From positions 35,635-99,634 of the forward strand of contig JBMGUZ010000006.1 in the NCBI GenBank assembly GCA_051530055.1: a stretch of 64,000 nucleotides of DNA, given 5' to 3'. The notes below the pieces were generated by a model. That model made no database searches and was not told the DNA's origin. It saw only the letters and a program-made list of their open reading frames with translations. Both the position numbers and the translations under genes were made by a program. The first letter of the stretch is position 1, and every line of letters begins with the position of its first letter. Below are positions 23,356 through 36,099 of this stretch, in pieces. The stretch is from Neoechinorhynchus agilis (Eukaryota; Animalia; Acanthocephala).

Positions 23356-24547
23356 ATATTAAGGAGTCTTATGAAGCAAAAGCGTTACGAAAAGAAACCG
23401 CTCCATATAGCGGTACTAGACATTACGTCCGCATTTGACACGGTAAGTCATGAAACTGTGTCCAGAACATTACGAGAGCGCGACTGCCCTCCTTATTTAC
23501 GGCGATATCTTATGGAGGTGTTAATGTCTTCGCACACCCGGCTACATCTACCTAACTCGAAACCGTCGGACCCTATTTATTTTCGCCGAGGCGTTAAGCA
23601 AGGTGATCCTCTGTCGCCATTTATTTTTGCATTATGCATTGATGATGCGCTTCAGCAGGTGGACAGGTTAGGTCTGGGTAGCTTAATAAGATCTCGTCGT
23701 CTAAGTCAGCTTGTATATGCAGACGATATTCTCTTGCTTTCAGATCAGAAAAAAGACTTACAATCCATGATTGATCGGCTATCATCTCTTTTAAAGGAAA
23801 AGGATTTACATTTTTCGCCACACAAATGTAGGACTTACTCCCAATCGTACATTAACGGCAACAAAATAATTGCACACGACCCTCAATTCGAAATCGATGG
23901 AATGAAGCTGAACACAATATTAAACGGTGATCCAGTGCAGTATCTCGGAGGCACTCCTTGGATGCCTACAACAATTGACTCCATCAAGAATGATATTACT
24001 CATTTATTCTTAAAAACCAAGGAAGCAGGCCTAAGACCAACACAAGCAGCGCATCTAATTAACGACTACGGACTGCCCCAAATTATAGCAAAACTTCAGG
24101 CAGCTCATGACATTTCCGTATCAAACATTGATACAGTCGAACAATTCTGGCGGACCAAGCTGAGGAAACTTTTATTTTTACCTCACTTTCTGAACGATGG
24201 TGCAATATTCCTGCCCCTGAACAAAGGTGGTCTAGGATACAAATCTATTAAACAATCAGTCATGGATATGCGACTAAAAGTATACAAACGCAAAGAAACG
24301 TTGCTCCGAACTCGAAATTTTATCGGAATATAAAAAAACTGTCCAAAAATATTTCGAAGGACTTGGTTCGACTGAAGAAATTATTGATACCGCGCGCGCT
24401 AAGGCACTGCATATTTCGAGTAACATCAATAAGTGGACGAAAGCGAAGACGCAATCGCAAGGAATTGAATCGTTCACAAATGGAAACTTCGAACGAAAAT
24501 CTTTATCATTCCGATACAGACAAGACAGCCACAAACATTACAAGGAA

Positions 24548-25180
24548 TTGGTAAAGATGCGATTCCAATTGCTCGAAGTAGGCGCGAATTTGGCAACAAT
24601 AGACCACGACAGGACGAGGAAATGTCGACATTGTTCAGCCGAAGCTGAAACACAAATGCATGTGCTAAACAGCTGCCCCTACAGTACGGGCATGATGATA
24701 GAGCGCCATGATGCCGTACAAAATCGATTCATATGGGCTCTAAACAAGAGATGGGGTTCTCGGTATGAAGTACTAACCGAGAATCGTATCCACGATCCTG
24801 GAGGGCAGCTGTACAAACCGGATGCTATATTGGTCGATAGAAACGCGAAAAAAGCAATCATAACTGACTTTGCCGTATACTATGAAACTACAAATGAACG
24901 GGCAGAGGAAATTATGAATGCGAAGGAGGACAAATATAAGGCCATTAAAGAAGAGGTAGCCATAAAGCTGGGATTTGCTCCTCACCGCGTATCGACAATG
25001 GGCCTCGCCGTCGGCTCAAGAGGCACATATTCAAATGGAATAACAAGGCGGCTCAATATCATTGGTCTATCCTCAGGCACCGCACTAAACATGGCTTCAA
25101 CGGCAGCGGAAAAAAGCCTCAAGACATTCCACGTCTTCATGAGCAGAAGCCGAAGGACGAATCATCTTTATACAACTTAA
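24548..25180 (+). CDS. CCHC zinc knuckle plus restriction-like endonuclease of the R2-like element
   Basis: CxxC-x8-H-x4-C, RH, PD..D and K..KY motifs are intact. Confidence 0.8.
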   Translation: MVKMRFQLLEVGANLATIDHDRTRKCRHCSAEAETQMHVLNSCPYSTGMMIERHDAVQNRFIWALNKRWGSRYEVLTENRIHDPGGQLYKPDAILVDRNAKKAIITDFAVYYETTNERAEEIMNAKEDKYKAIKEEVAIKLGFAPHRVSTMGLAVGSRGTYSNGITRRLNIIGLSSGTALNMASTAAEKSLKTFHVFMSRSRRTNHLYTT

Positions 25181-26495
25181 AGAAAAAGAGGAAAGCAACA
25201 TTCTTCAAGCATAAGGAAGGATTGGCTGAGCTCGACGACAAGGTGAGGGCTTGTCTCGAGCGTATTTTAAATGTACAGCTCTCAGATGAGGCGTGGCGAC
25301 AATCTTCATTGTCTGTGTCATCTAAGGGAATGGGCATTCGGGCGCCAGTAGACCTTGCCTTGCCATCCTTTCTTGGATCGTTTGAGGGGAGTCAACCAAT
25401 AGCGAAGAAAATTCTGAGGGAAAAGTTTTGTCTTGGCCAAGAATTTGTGGTGGCAGTTGAGGAATGGTACCAGCATGTTCCCGCGCCGTGACAGTTGATC
25501 CGCTGCTGGTGAGATCTCACAGCTTCGGCGATGGGGTCGTCCGTCGGCAATTTCGACACGAAAATCGGGGCGTGGCCGGATACCTCCGGCATCCCAACTT
25601 TTCCTTCATCGATGAAAACGAGGATCGCAGTTTCCCAAGATTTGTCTCGATGTACGCACCATCGGCCAAATCGATGTGAGTTTTTTACTGATGATTTTGC
25701 ATTTGCCTAATTTGTCAAGAGGAATTGTCGCCACGCCATTCTGAGATCAAATATGCAATTTCCTGGAACGGCGAACTTCAACATCTTGGAACCCACCAAT
25801 TCGATATTCTGTCATTGAAAACCACTTATCTTTAGATCGAATTGTCCAAATTCAAATAAAATAAGATCGTGTTCCTTCGATCTAGAATTTGAATTTCTCA
25901 CTCCACAAGTCGACGACTGCTGGTTCATGTCTTGGAAGGTATTGAGCAGTAACCAACTGAAAGGAAGTGGCATTCCTTGTGTACGAATGTTTAGAAACTG
26001 TTCACAAATATGTCCATCTCACAACGACTCGAATTCGTTTGTGCGCATCGAACACATTTAGTTCAATATTGGCATTACCTCTTGCGTAGCGGTATTTTGA
26101 CGTCGTACTTGGCCGCTTGCCGGATGCTGATCCTGTGAATATGACCGCTAAGGCATCAATATTCATTTCCCTCTTTCTCGAACTTCCACCAGCTGATTCT
26201 GTTGGTCGTTGAAACTTCTCGATTTCCCGATCCTCATAACCATCGACACCATGCAAATAAATGCAAAGATTATTAAGAACTATAATATTTCTCAATGCCA
26301 AATCGATCAAGGAACGTCATTATTCCAGCGCGTGATCAATATTTATAATGTGCTTTTTAGTATTGCGGAAGGAAAAATGTTGTCATTAAGACATGTCAAT
26401 TGCTGTTTTTTTATCAAGAGAAAGAATCTACAACCTATTGATTTTTATTGATACTTTTATTAATTGGAAGGGACACTTTCTTTTTGATAGTTACT

Positions 26496-26807
26496 TTACT
26501 CTTGAATTTGACATTCATCTTTTGGCAATTTAATCTCAATAAGCTTATCCATTTCCTCCTTAGATGTTGATTTGTTCATAGGTGTAATTATATTTCGATA
26601 CTTCATTTCTACCCTGAGCTTGGGAGAATCTACACGGATATCGTATTTTGGATTCATACTATGACGTTCACAAGATAGCTTTTCATTTAATATTTTATAG
26701 CAATTCTCTCGATTGCTTTTGTATCTCCCATTAAGATGCAGTGGTCCGAAATGCACACTGAGAGTATTAATACTATTAATTTTTTGGCACAATAAACATT
26801 TTAGCAT
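26496..26807 (-). CDS. Hypothetical 103-aa C2H2-like protein (copy B)
   Basis: Protein identical to 57367..57678; 3 aa differ from copy A. Confidence 0.35.
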   Translation of the reverse strand: MLKCLLCQKINSINTLSVHFGPLHLNGRYKSNRENCYKILNEKLSCERHSMNPKYDIRVDSPKLRVEMKYRNIITPMNKSTSKEEMDKLIEIKLPKDECQIQE

Positions 26808-27746
26808 ATTGGTGAAACTATCATCGTCGCTTTTAGTGCTTCTTTTCCTACTATTTCATTCATTATTTAAGTTGGAATTATAAGATTGAAGCCTTTGGGC
26901 TTGTTGGAATTGTTTTCGATTCCGCAAGTTCAAAATAAGCGTCCATATTTGCATTTCACCTACAGGGGGGCTGAATTCAAATCTTTTTCTTCGTTCAATG
27001 ACGACAAAACGGTTTCAATTAAATTAAATGCTTCAAAAGAGAAGAGATATTGGATAACGGTTTCGAGACAATTTTCGTCCGCGTTGCATCCTTTCAAAAA
27101 TCTAATGAGATCCTAGCAAGAAATTTTTCTATTAAATCGAGGGTGGAAATTTCGGACAAATTTACATCATGAGATCTCAAATTGAATCTGTATTTTTGGG
27201 GTATTATTGGAAGTAAAATCGGCTATCGATCAATAGATATGTATTAGCACACATTTTTTTTTTCCATATTTCGGAACATCACGCGCATGGTTCTGAAAGT
27301 AGCCAGCAAACGAATTTTCACGCCTCATTAGTTGTGTGTCATTAATTTTACGGTTCAATCGACAGATAAAAATCGACTTCTTTAACACGTATCGGTGTTT
27401 CAACCGTAGACAATCAATACGTTTGTGATATCCGTTGTAATGTCTTGATAAGTGTCGCAAGCGATACAGTAAAGAATTTTCGAATCAGAATGTTGCAATT
27501 CAGCGGAGTTTTAGTGATATGAAATGTCATAAAATTTGCAGAAATTGCATTAGTTTTGATTTGGAATGATTTGAAAATCACCTGCCATTCGAAGCGCTGC
27601 GTCAGGTTTATAGAAACATTTTGCTGTTAAGTAACTGAACTTTTTCGTGGATCATTAGAAAACCTGATAAAGAAAGTAAAGCCTCCAAAATCTCGACTAA
27701 CCGTAGTTTCCTAATTTTAGACAGTTCAGAGCTACAGATTTGAAGT

Positions 27747-28592
27747 ATGACGACAAGACAACCATTCAGGATAAGGGCACCACCAATCGAGGAAAGCGCA
27801 CAATTCCTGCGGAACCACATCTCTGGTCAGCCCAATAGTTTCAGTCATCCAGATCCACCAACGTTCAACATTATTCACCAAGGTCACCAAATATATAATC
27901 CCTTCGATGATGATATTTACCTCGATCGAGAAGTCGAAAAAATTTTGGAAAACGCAGATAATACTATAAATAATTGTGCACCTCCGCCCGGCTTTGATGA
28001 TTTCACTTTTATTTTCAATGAGTCACCACCAAGCATAGATGACTTCAGTAATAATCATTCATCGATTGGAAATGAAGAATATTGCTTACCTCCACCAGGT
28101 TTTGAAAATTGCTCATTTTCTTATTACGATTACGAGCCCGAAAACGAAGGATACTTCTCAACTCCACCAGGTTTCGAGAACGTGACTTTTGATTATTACG
28201 ATTCACGATCAGGAATGGACGAATATGGCTCACCTCTTCTCTATTGTGAGAATCCGGCCTTTAATCACGTTTGGAATGGAAACGAAGATTACTACGAATC
28301 GTTTCTCGATTTTCAGGAATCAACCGTTATATTTAATGAGTCGTCGTTGGAATTCGAAAAATACAGCGAGTTTTTCACTTTATTTAGTGAAGTAGAGCCA
28401 AAAGAACCTCAAGGTCGTTATGTACGCCCAGCGACGTGCAAGATAATAGATTTGCAGGAAAGTAGCACGCAAACGGAGCCGAATATCGTATCGAAACCTT
28501 GGAATGGATTGACAACAATAAAGAATATTATTGATGCCGTCTACCAAGTGGCCGTTGCGGCATTCAACTACTTCAGAAGGATATTTTTCTGA
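27747..28592 (+). CDS. Orphan 281-aa PPGF-repeat protein (copy B)
   Basis: Protein identical to copy A. Confidence 0.65.
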   Translation: MTTRQPFRIRAPPIEESAQFLRNHISGQPNSFSHPDPPTFNIIHQGHQIYNPFDDDIYLDREVEKILENADNTINNCAPPPGFDDFTFIFNESPPSIDDFSNNHSSIGNEEYCLPPPGFENCSFSYYDYEPENEGYFSTPPGFENVTFDYYDSRSGMDEYGSPLLYCENPAFNHVWNGNEDYYESFLDFQESTVIFNESSLEFEKYSEFFTLFSEVEPKEPQGRYVRPATCKIIDLQESSTQTEPNIVSKPWNGLTTIKNIIDAVYQVAVAAFNYFRRIFF

Positions 28593-30149
28593 CCGTTCAA
28601 AGTTAAGTATCGATTATTTATAAAATGTGTTATTATTATATAGTTTTGTAACTGTTCGTGAAATTAAAAATGTTTCATATTCGAACAAGGCCTTGGTTCA
28701 TTAGCACTTATACAATCATACAAATATTTGGGAGCACTTGATTTTTATATCGCACTATTTCTTTATTTGTGGTAGCCAATCCTCCAATGTTCTAAATTTG
28801 AATTAGTGAGAGCGTTGGTAAGCGTGTACACGAAGTTGCAAATGATAAGAGTAGAAGAGAAAAAGGATGAGGTTCCATAGAAGCGATTCTTAAAAGAAAG
28901 TTGCAAATGATAAGAGTAGAAGAGAAAAAGGATGAGGTTCCGTAGAAGCGATTCTTAAAAGAGAGAATTTGCACTGCAAAAAGATCATTAAATCACTTTA
29001 AGTATTGCCATTAAATTCGGATACGAAGATGCTCGAAGCCTCCATTCAACACTTTAGGGCATCGAATTCGAATTTTGATGGTAGCAATAATATTTTCCTG
29101 AGCTTTTTATTGCTTATCCAACCTTTCATTCTTCGAACAAGAAGTCTCCATCGTTTTTTAATAAAATGCTGTCCAAAGATCGTAGAAACAGATTTTCAAG
29201 CTTTCGTGTTTTGCTGTGAAATATTCTAATATGTCTAAAAAAGCGGTCTTGTAGTTATTTTCCTTGAAAGACGACCATTGGATTGAAATGACCTGAAGAA
29301 TATCGTTAATTCTTTTTATTGTCGAAAAAGCATAGGCGTTGTATACTAAGTAGAGTTCTCGATAAGGCATCATATTGCTTATAGCAGAGCTCGTCCCGAA
29401 CCTGTCGCGATCCTTCCACTAAGGCAATTGAAATCGGAAGACCATTTTTTCGAGATTTTAGAAGTTTGACCTTAATGTCAAAACGAAGCTCAAATTCGTT
29501 TCTAGCCCCATCGTTGATTGTAGGCTTAACGCCATTAGCCCAAAATTGGACCTTCTGATACGATTTAGATATTTGAAAGATTTCGTTGGACAAGTGAGAC
29601 TGCGAACAATTCCAGTTTATGGAGCCATTTCTGATCTCTAAGATAAATTATTAATGTTCCACCGAAATAGGTTACTCCATCTACGTGCTTTATTCCTTCG
29701 TTATGGAATGATCGAATGCAAGGAGTTAGAGATTGTGAAATTATCGCATCCTTTCGCATGATCGGATTTGAAGTAATCGTTAATATACCTGGCCACCTTT
29801 TTATGGGAAGAACCAAGTATTCCTCCGCGGTCGAGATTGATGATGATCCTGAGCCTGATAGCAGTGGCTCTCGAACAGCCGAGGATAATGGGATGCGAAG
29901 GGAATTGTGTGACCGCTTACCACCTTTCGCCAAAGACTGAACGTTGGTATACATTTATATTGACAATCATTTAAAAACTCGCGTTAACTATGCTGTCCAG
30001 CTTTATTTATTGATCTGGATAACTCGCGCATTTGTTGAACTCCTTAGCCCATGAATCAATACGATTCAAAAGTTGTATTTCGACTTAAGGAATGCATCGA
30101 CACAGAACAACTCATAATTTGGGTAAGATTTCATGTAAAACATAAACTT

Positions 30150-30800
30150 AAAGAAGAATTGCTGGCACTGATTCCAACACAAAATTTAACAAACGGCAAC
30201 GATATACATAAAAGACACTGAAGGAATTTTTATTAAGCAATGATAACTTTATGAGAAAGTTCTTATCGGTCAATAATGGTTGGACGGAGAAAAGGCCAGA
30301 TTGTGTTCCTGGTAGCCGATAACGATTTTCCGAGCTTATCATTGTATTATTCACCAGCAAACTTTGTGTTAAAAACTTAAAGACGATAAGCTGCAAAATG
30401 TTATGTCTATTGTTGTTAAAATTTTAAACTTTATTCATGCAAATCTTTTAAATCACAAACAGTTTTAAGACATTGCTACAAGAATACGATAGCAATTATA
30501 GTGATTTTGTTCTGCGTGCCGAAGTTCACAAGCTGAGGAAAGAGAAAGTACTGACAAAACTATTGGATCTAATTGAAGAACTCAAAATATTTCTCAACGT
30601 GAAATCCAAGGAGCTGTTGAAATATCTTTAAACGCCAAGGTTTATTCTTTTGCTGGAGTTCTGAAACCATTAGAAAAGTTGAAATTGGATTTTTCCACAA
30701 ATATCAAAATGCTATAAAAAGATATTGACAATGTTCGGAAGCAGCTACGATTTTTAAACTGGATTTTTTTTAGAAAATGACTAACATCAAGTTGAAAAAG
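30150..30800 (+). pseudogene. hAT (Charlie/SPIN-like) transposase remnant; mirror copy at ~47190-47840 (-)
   Basis: Across frameshifts: HCIIHQQTLC..., NVMSIVVKILNFIHANLLNHKQF, YSDFVLRAEVHKLRKEKVLTKLLDLIEELKIFL (compare HC..H...L and EVRWLSRGKVL). Confidence 0.7.
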
Positions 30801-32839
30801 CGAATGTTTTTGACTGACGAACTGATCTTAGTTGTTTCTATACGATTGTGCGCTGAACCGTCACACGGCACATTAACTAGTTTATTTTTATCCCCGCCTT
30901 AACACGCCTTCTCTGGAGTTTTGGACGCCCGATTCCGTGCCACAAGTGCTCACCTCCGCCTTTGTGGCGAATTGCGTGGTGCATCGTAATCCGTTGATCC
31001 TCACTTCAATTTCCATTTTCTTCTTCTTTGATCGATTTGGTTGATTCACCTTTTCCATGTCGAACATATCGCCCTCGCTTTCTTCTCCTTTCCCCTCCTC
31101 GAGGGTATGTAAAAGTGGGCTCTGCTGTTTTTACAGATAAATAATCCGATAATACTTACTATTGATCAGTGATGAAGCGGGCATATCGACTATCAGAAGC
31201 GAGAAGTTGAGAAGTCTCGCGCTTGATTCTTAGCCTTATTGCACTGGATCCCTCTTAAAATATTTCTAAAGACAGCAGAGAAACACTGAGAGATTTGATA
31301 TTAATCCAACATTTAGTCTTGCTCTTCTGCCTTGATCAACGCTTACGGAAATTCTTATAAAATGTATCAGAAAAAGGACGATGTGTGTGTTAATTTTGTT
31401 GTAATGTATGTATGAGGCTTGTTTAAAGTAAAATTAAAAAGCAATAAAATTTTTAAAATGCGACAATCGTAACAAAAGCGACTTAGAAATGTTGTTTGCT
31501 GATGTCGTTCAAGACATAAGAAACACTCACACAAAAAGACCATCGAGTTATCTTAAAAGATTTTAGCTACATTTCTCCTCGAGAAAATCGATCGTTGTAC
31601 GGTGAATCAGTTCGAATCGGAATTTTAACAATAGGATTTTCAAGCAAACCGGCAATTTCAACTGGCGATTCTAAATTTCCGCGTTTAGAAAGCTCGGCGT
31701 CTCTGCGTAGCATTGACAAATTTCCTTCCAGATTTCGGCCCAACTACGTGGAAGTAATCAAAATTACCTACCGCAATAAAAGTTACAAGGGATATGAAGC
31801 ACAAACATTGCCATCTCAGGCGAGCAAAGCAGAGGTACCGTCTCAGAAAAACACAAAGAATATAGTCAAAGGGGTGAGCATTACTGGGATTCCTGCTCAG
31901 CTGAAGACTGAAGGAATAGAGCATAAATCGATACTCAAAGGCGCCGATGTGAAACCAAAGGTTATATTTGACGACCACCGAACGACGAATTTAAGTTTGG
32001 ATATCGAGTCAATTAAAACGACTACGCTAGAGCTTACAGAAATATCGAGAAAACGGAAATTACGACTGAAGCTTCTAAGACGCCAATAGCCTTGGAACCT
32101 TGCCTTGTTGCTCAAAATGGTTCAGTATCGCGGAACTGGCATTGGTGCCTCTCCTTAGAGCTTATTTGCGTTCTTTAGTTCTTCTTTCAAATTTGTTTGG
32201 TTGGCAAACATTCGGTGAGGGTAATTCTGTTAGCTTTCATATTCATCTCGTTTCTTCACCATGGAGCTTAATGATTCAGCTTTCGTCGTGTAGACACAAA
32301 AATTTAGGCAATAAAACTCCTTCACAATTTCCACCATAAACAAACATAACGATAAAAAACCGGAAGCAATAAATTATTTATCCAGTTCAAAAGATTTCAC
32401 CATTAATTTTGGATCGTTAAACGGACGAAGAATATTGCACTGTTGTTCTATTTTATTTGCTGGTGTAAATGGGAAGAAAAAGTCCATAAAATCCGAAACG
32501 TCGAATTTGCCATAGCGGTCCGTATTTATGATTTAAACTTATTCGGCATTCAAAGAATAAAACATCGATTCTCGCTTTGAAATTAGCCAAATGCAATGCG
32601 CCTGAATGTTACGTAAAGAACATAATTATTTTAAGGTTTGAACTGACAAAAAAATTAAAAACCAAAACGTAAACGCTTATTTCTTGGTTATTAGAATCTA
32701 AAAACGATTCCGAAGTTCTTCAAAAGCGCATACGACGACTAACAATAGGTTTTTAAAAAATAAAAAATGGATAATGCGTCCAAAATTCATATTTTTGAGA
32801 AGAAAGCAAGCGCTGAAAGTTTGAAAAGTTCACTAACAG

Positions 32840-33800
32840 TTAGTTTTCGACAACGATGTAAAGTCCGATAGCGACAAACGCGGCAGCAATAGTTCTGGAC
32901 GATTTTAAAATACTCGTAGAAAAAACCAAAGAACTGGGGTTGCAACTCAATTTCACAAAGTGCCAAATTCTGCTGCTAAACATGAATGGAAAAAACGAGT
33001 CAATTATATTGGATGAGTTTTCATCGGTTGCACTAGGAATAGAAACCATTAATCTTAGTAAGCTTCGTCTATTGGGATCTTGCGTGATGAAGGAGAATCT
33101 GCCAAAGGATATTGAAATGACCGCTTCAGAGCTAAAGCTGATATGCAAGAGAACATCGGATTTGAAGAGCCATGAAGCAATCTGGTAAAGCAGCTCCCTG
33201 CATACTGTAGATCACGACGACCTCGATAGCACGGCGGAGCTGGAGAAAATGTTTAATACGTTTTTGACGATACATCATGGGAGACAAAGCTACACTCACC
33301 ACAGTGCAGGTTCCGGACCAGTTCACAGACAGATGTCATTTTGCACCGGCTTACCTATTTGTGTCTTAAGTACTCAACTAATATTTTTCCTGAGGTCAAC
33401 GCGGAGCATTTCGATGGAGCCTTGTGAAATTGACACATGCTGGCAAACACAGATACCCAGAAAGCACGAAATCGCAAGCGTAAGATTCTCCACCAGCCTC
33501 ATCGGGTTCAATTCACTACAAGACCAGATGGATGAAAGTGTGAGTCCCCCTCCGTTGCTTGTTCGACCAAAGAATCATTCACATCCTCAAATTTGGGCAC
33601 TTTGGTTTTATCTTTTCCGTATTGCTTACTGTCTGGTATTCGGGAATGGATTATTTGCGTCGCTTCTCATAAATGTTCACAGTGGACGCGGCTTGCGCTT
33701 CCCGCCATGCTGAAATCAACCATCATAGTATGATGCTGAGATTCATTTTTCTGCATCTCTGGAGCCAAAAAATTTCCGGCTGCTCCGAATGTCCTGATGA
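32840..33800 (+). mobile_element. CRE-like fragment (family B), left-arm copy, 3' half noisy
   Basis: VLDDFKILVEKTKELGLQLNFTKC...HEAI; mirror of 43990-45100. Confidence 0.75.
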
Positions 33801-35280
33801 GTTTTGTAACTGTTCGTGAAAATTAAAAAATGTTTTCATATCTGAACAAAATCGGTTTCACATCATTTTTTATACAATCATACAAATATTTGGGAGCACC
33901 GATTTTTATATCGCACCACTTTTCGGTAGCTAATTCTAAATTTGAATTAATGAGAGCGCGTGTACACGAAGTTGCAAACGAGCAGCAGAAGAGAAAATGA
34001 TGAAGTTCCATAGAAGCGATTCTAAAAGAGAGAATTTGCATTGCAAAAGTTATAAAATCACTTTGTAAGTATTGCCATTCGAGGAGAAGTACGGGGCTGT
34101 TATTCTTCTTAAAGCCACGTGGGAAACCGACTCGGAAGGGCTCCTAGAAGCCGGCGAACATCCTAAGCTTAAAAATGATACGGTACGTGATTAGCCGTCT
34201 ACTAACAAACTGATGATGAACTCGACGAGCTCTCGAAACGCCCCAATAAACACCATCTACGCCGGGTGTAGACTCCTAACTATAGTTAGGCAAATTGTTC
34301 GTTTCGCGTTTCCTTTACGGGAGGAATAAATTCCCAACCGGCCCCGTAAGCTGCTCTCCAACTGAACAAGGATAGAGGTAGAATCAAAATCATCTCCCAA
34401 TTTCAATGGGTATTGCTCTCTTCTACAAAAACGGTAGCAGCATCGTGGATTGTCCCGCTCCGTCGCGGTCGCCATTCTGGAGAATGCTTACCAGCATTAT
34501 ATGCAGTTTCCTTGCCTGTCAAGCCAAGACGCCATGATCTTTAAGCCTCTGATATTGTTCAATTGTGGAGATCAAGGGATAAGATTTTCGATAACGGCTC
34601 ATCAATATGTTTGAAAGCCACGAATGTACTCGACAAGGTCAACATCGCCGATATCGCTAAAGCTATGGTCAGTGCGTCTCCTGTCGAATGGGCTATTATG
34701 AACCTCTCGAAGCGTATTTTTCTCATCAAAGAGAAAGGGAAAAAGGTTGTAGCTGGTGGAGATGGTCGTCTGTTTTACCTAAAAGTTATCTGTGCTCGAA
34801 GTTCTACATAATCAAATCATCTGCCGTGCGAAGATAAACCACTGATTGGGTTTATGCTAAAAGCTTGAGCCATCACGCTCTCGGCCTGAGGCACAGATCC
34901 AAATAAGTCGTCGAATTATTCGAGGAGAAAGTGGGGTATTGAGATGAAATAATCTCGATCGAGACAGTAGACCTGATTGCTCCTTTCAAGCACTTTGATG
35001 AAGGATCATTAAGGTCAACGAAGACGAAATCTACTCCTGAATTCAAAATATTTCTTTAGAGCTCTTTCGTTTGTGGTATATGAAATTTACGAAGCCGGAT
35101 TTAGATATTGCGGACCGAAACGTTCCTTCCACAGTACAAGAACCAAAATAAAAAGCATGGGAAGTCGAAGGAGTCTAATTGGGAGATTAGTCGGGGATTG
35201 AAAATTAGTTTGAAAAGCGATAAAATGCCATGTGACTATCAGCGACGTAGGGTGTAATAGAAATCCCGAAATGATCTTAT

Positions 35281-35444
35281 AATTACACTTTCGGTGAGAA
35301 TAATCCCGGTCATTACATATTTTATTTATTCTAAATATTCCGCGAGGTATTTTTAGATGACTGAAGAGGCGAGGATACCTCGCGAAATATTTCGTATAAA
35401 TGAAATATGTAATGACCGGGAATATTCCCACCGAAAGTGTAATT
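35281..35444 (+). repeat. 164-bp fold-back hairpin (70-bp arms, 24-nt loop)
   Basis: aattacactttcggtgagaa...cgcgaggtat / atacctcgcg...ccgaaagtgtaatt. Confidence 0.9.
35351..35400 (+). ncRNA. Minimal type I hammerhead ribozyme, family D
   Basis: CTGAAGA-G-GCGAGG ata CCTCGC-GAAA-TAT-T; predicted cut after 35391. Confidence 0.65.
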
Positions 35445-36099
35445 TTATTATCCCGAAGGACTTTCTATCGATGATCTTATAATGAATTACGAGAGGGAGA
35501 CCGTTTAATGAATAGGCTGACTCTGTTACCCACGCAGCAATGAAGTACTCAATTTTAAAAGCGTGTTGCATATTCGGAAATTCAAGGACCGACGACCACA
35601 TAATCGCCAACAATCAATCCAACCGCCATAAAATTCTGACAATTCGAAGGCTCAGTTCTCAAAGAAAATCTCGACTTAAAACAAGCAGCAAACTGCGTTC
35701 ATATTTATTTATTAACTCATACTGGTTACAATCATTCATTTTCTAAGAACCTCAATTACAATCCTTTTCTACAATTGCTCGAGATTTAGTCGTTATTGCG
35801 CACACTTTTGCGTCTCTGCGCAATTATCAAAACAAAGAATAAGCGCATTTAGCCGTGTTTGGTTTCGAATACTTCCATTTCCTATAAATGGTCCTAAGAT
35901 CAGTTAAGGTAACTCACCGTTTGTGAAGGGGAATACAAATGATTCTAAAAAATGATCAAGGTTTTTCTTAAGAAAGTCTCGGATTATAATTTCTTTAAAA
36001 TTAGTTGAATAAAACTTTGCTTTCATTAGTTGCAGGCACATTTGATTGTGTGAATTAAAAACAAGTTTTGTGAATTTATATTTACAGCTATAATATTAT

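Larger units (their letters stand above)
23036..25195 (+). mobile_element. 5'-truncated R2/NeSL-type RLE non-LTR retrotransposon
   Basis: RT: WLENKTILLPK, RPITISSILLRIFHRII, LDITSAFDTVSH, RGVKQGDPLSP, YADD. Then CRHCSAEAETQMHVLNSC, RHDAV, YKPDAIL...DFAV, KEDKY, and a short A-rich tail. Confidence 0.85.
22300..25800 (+). mobile_element. CRE-like element (family A), internally deleted and split by an R2/NeSL-like insertion
   Basis: ~22455-22520 is homologous to ~60770-60845(-). 22644-23035 encodes ERGVQQGDPLDPIAFSL...WYLDAATLGG. CRE sequence resumes at ~25195 (ATFFKHKEGLAELDDKV). Confidence 0.8.

Noticed and set aside
30900-31120. Tc1/mariner transposase remnant (minus strand AIRHKGGGEHLWHG)
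   Set aside because: Only a loose match to KHGGGSVMVWG, with no other DDE motifs or TIRs.
31595-32089. 164-aa ORF (mirror 45851..46246) as a host gene or LINE ORF1
   Set aside because: The two arms disagree in the N-terminal half (noisy tract) and no diagnostic motif is present, so it is left uncalled.
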